A stretch of DNA of 64,000 nt from Octopus sinensis (taxonomy: Eukaryota): assembly GCF_006345805.1 (NCBI RefSeq), contig NC_042999.1, forward strand, positions 154,194,001 through 154,258,000, read 5' to 3'. This document shows positions 62,622 through 64,000 of this stretch, piece after piece. Below the pieces are notes generated by a model that made no database searches, was not told the DNA's origin, and saw nothing but the letters and a program-made list of their open reading frames with translations. Position 1 is the first letter of the stretch, and each line of letters begins with the position of its first letter. The position numbers and the translations under genes were made by a program.

Positions 62622-62940
62622 ACGCATGGCTTGGTGGTTAGGGTAGTTGGTTTACGAACATGAGGTCAGGAGATCAATTCCTGGTAGTACATTATGCCCT
62701 TGAGCAAGACATTTTATTTCACATTGCTTCAGTATACTCAGCCAGCAGAAATGTGATGTACCTGTAATACTATAGGGACCAGCCCTGTGGTATTCTGTGT
62801 CATGCTGAATCTCTCCGAGAACTACGTTAAAGTTATGCATGTCTGTGGCGTGCTCAGCCACTTGCACGTTAATTTTATGAGTAAGCTGTTCTGTTGGTCA
62901 GATCAACTGGAACACTAGTCATCATATTGAGCAGAATGCC
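62622..62940 (+). mobile_element. tRNA-derived SINE family D (also 23343-23640, 30418-30752, 56733-57040)
   Basis: Shared GAACTACGTTAAGGGTACAC..TGTGGAGTGCTCAGCCACTTGCACGTTAATTTC body. Confidence 0.75.
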
Positions 62941-62947
62941 AAAAGTA

Positions 62948-63340
62948 AATCATCATCATCGTTTAACATCCGCTTTCCATGTTAGCATGGGTTGGACAAT
63001 TTGACTGAGGACTGGCGAACCAGAAGACTGCACCAGACTCCATTTTGATCTGGCAGAGTTTCTACAGCTGGATGCCCTTCCTAACGCCAACCACTCCGAG
63101 AGTGTAGTGGGTGCTTTTACGTGCCACCGGCATGAGGGCCAGTCAGGCGGTACTGGCAACGACCATGCTCAAATGGTGCTTTTTATGTGCCACCTGCACA
63201 GGAGCCAGTAAGGCGACGCAGGTAATGATCACACTCGAATGGTGTTTTTTTACATGCCACTGGCACGGAGGCCAGCTTGTTGCTCTGGCAACGATCACAC
63301 TCGTATGGTACTCTTAGCGCTCCACTAGCACAGATGCCAG
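62948..63340 (-). mobile_element. Family B retro-element (SINE-like, RTE-type 3' tail ending in (GAT)n)
   Basis: GGTTGGCGTTAGGAAGGGCATCCAGCTGTAGAAA...CCAACCCATGCTAGCATGGAAAGCGGACGTTAAACGATGATG tail. Other copies: 3131-3535, 8399-8594, 13380-13690, 29583-29900, 32335-32701, 44340-44594, 44725-45016, 51296-51650, 60195-60567, 63563-64000. Confidence 0.8.
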
Positions 63341-64000
63341 TTATAAAATTTATTAATATTGATTTAACTGGGACTAATCACTCTTTCATGCTGGCATGGG
63401 ACTGGACAGTTCAACAGGAGCCAACAAGCCAGACGACTGCATCAAGCTCCGAGACATCTGGCTGAAGGAGCCATGCCAAAACATGGCTCCTACAGCTAGA
63501 TGCCCTTCCCAATGCCAGCCACTTTGCAAAGTGCACTAGCTGCTTTTTACATGGCACTAAAAGTCATCATCATCATTGTTTAACATCTGATTTCCATGCT
63601 GTCATGGGTTGGATGGTTTGACTGAGGTCTAGAAAGCCAGCGGCTGCCCCAGGCACCAATCTGATCTGGCAATGTTTCTACAACTGGGTGTCCTTCCTAA
63701 TGCCAACCACCCCAAGAGTGTAGTGGATGCTTTTTACATGCCATCAGCACAGCAGCCAGTCAGGTGGGCCTGGCATCAGCCACGGTCAGATAGTGCTTTT
63801 TATGTGTCGCTGGCATGGGAGCCAGTAGGCAGCCCTAGCATTGATCAAGTTTGGATAGTGCTTTTTACATGCCACCAACACGGGAGCCATTCAGGTGGCC
63901 CTGGCATCGATCATGTTTGGATAGTGCTTTTTATGTGCCATTGGCACGGGAGCCAGTCAGGGAGCACTGGCCACGACCATGTTTGGATTATGGTTTTCAT

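Overview
This is AT-rich eukaryotic DNA, dominated by repeats and microsatellites, with one 100-N assembly gap (26930-27029). The tRNA-derived SINE families and (TA)n/(CA)n/(ATC)n microsatellites point to a coleoid cephalopod, most likely Octopus (inferred from repeat resemblance, not from a database search). No long ORF encodes a recognisable cellular protein. The six-frame ORFs are almost all microsatellite or repeat read-through. The window holds dozens of SINEs from at least four families, decayed RTE-clade LINE fragments, Penelope-like terminal fragments, non-autonomous Helitrons, and piggyBac-, Tc1/mariner- and Merlin-like MITEs. Several short unique segments carry canonical splice signals and open frames. 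They suggest an unidentified multi-exon gene on the minus strand, including a 20-nt micro-exon, plus one strong plus-strand exon. None of these peptides was recognised. The best leads are a recent locus-specific 199-bp fold-back hairpin 36 bp from a candidate exon, Penelope-associated minimal hammerhead-like motifs (one family has a non-canonical core), and several sites that record insertion mechanisms. I found no CRISPR, prokaryotic-type system, rRNA or true tRNA gene, and cannot claim a new biological system from this sequence alone.
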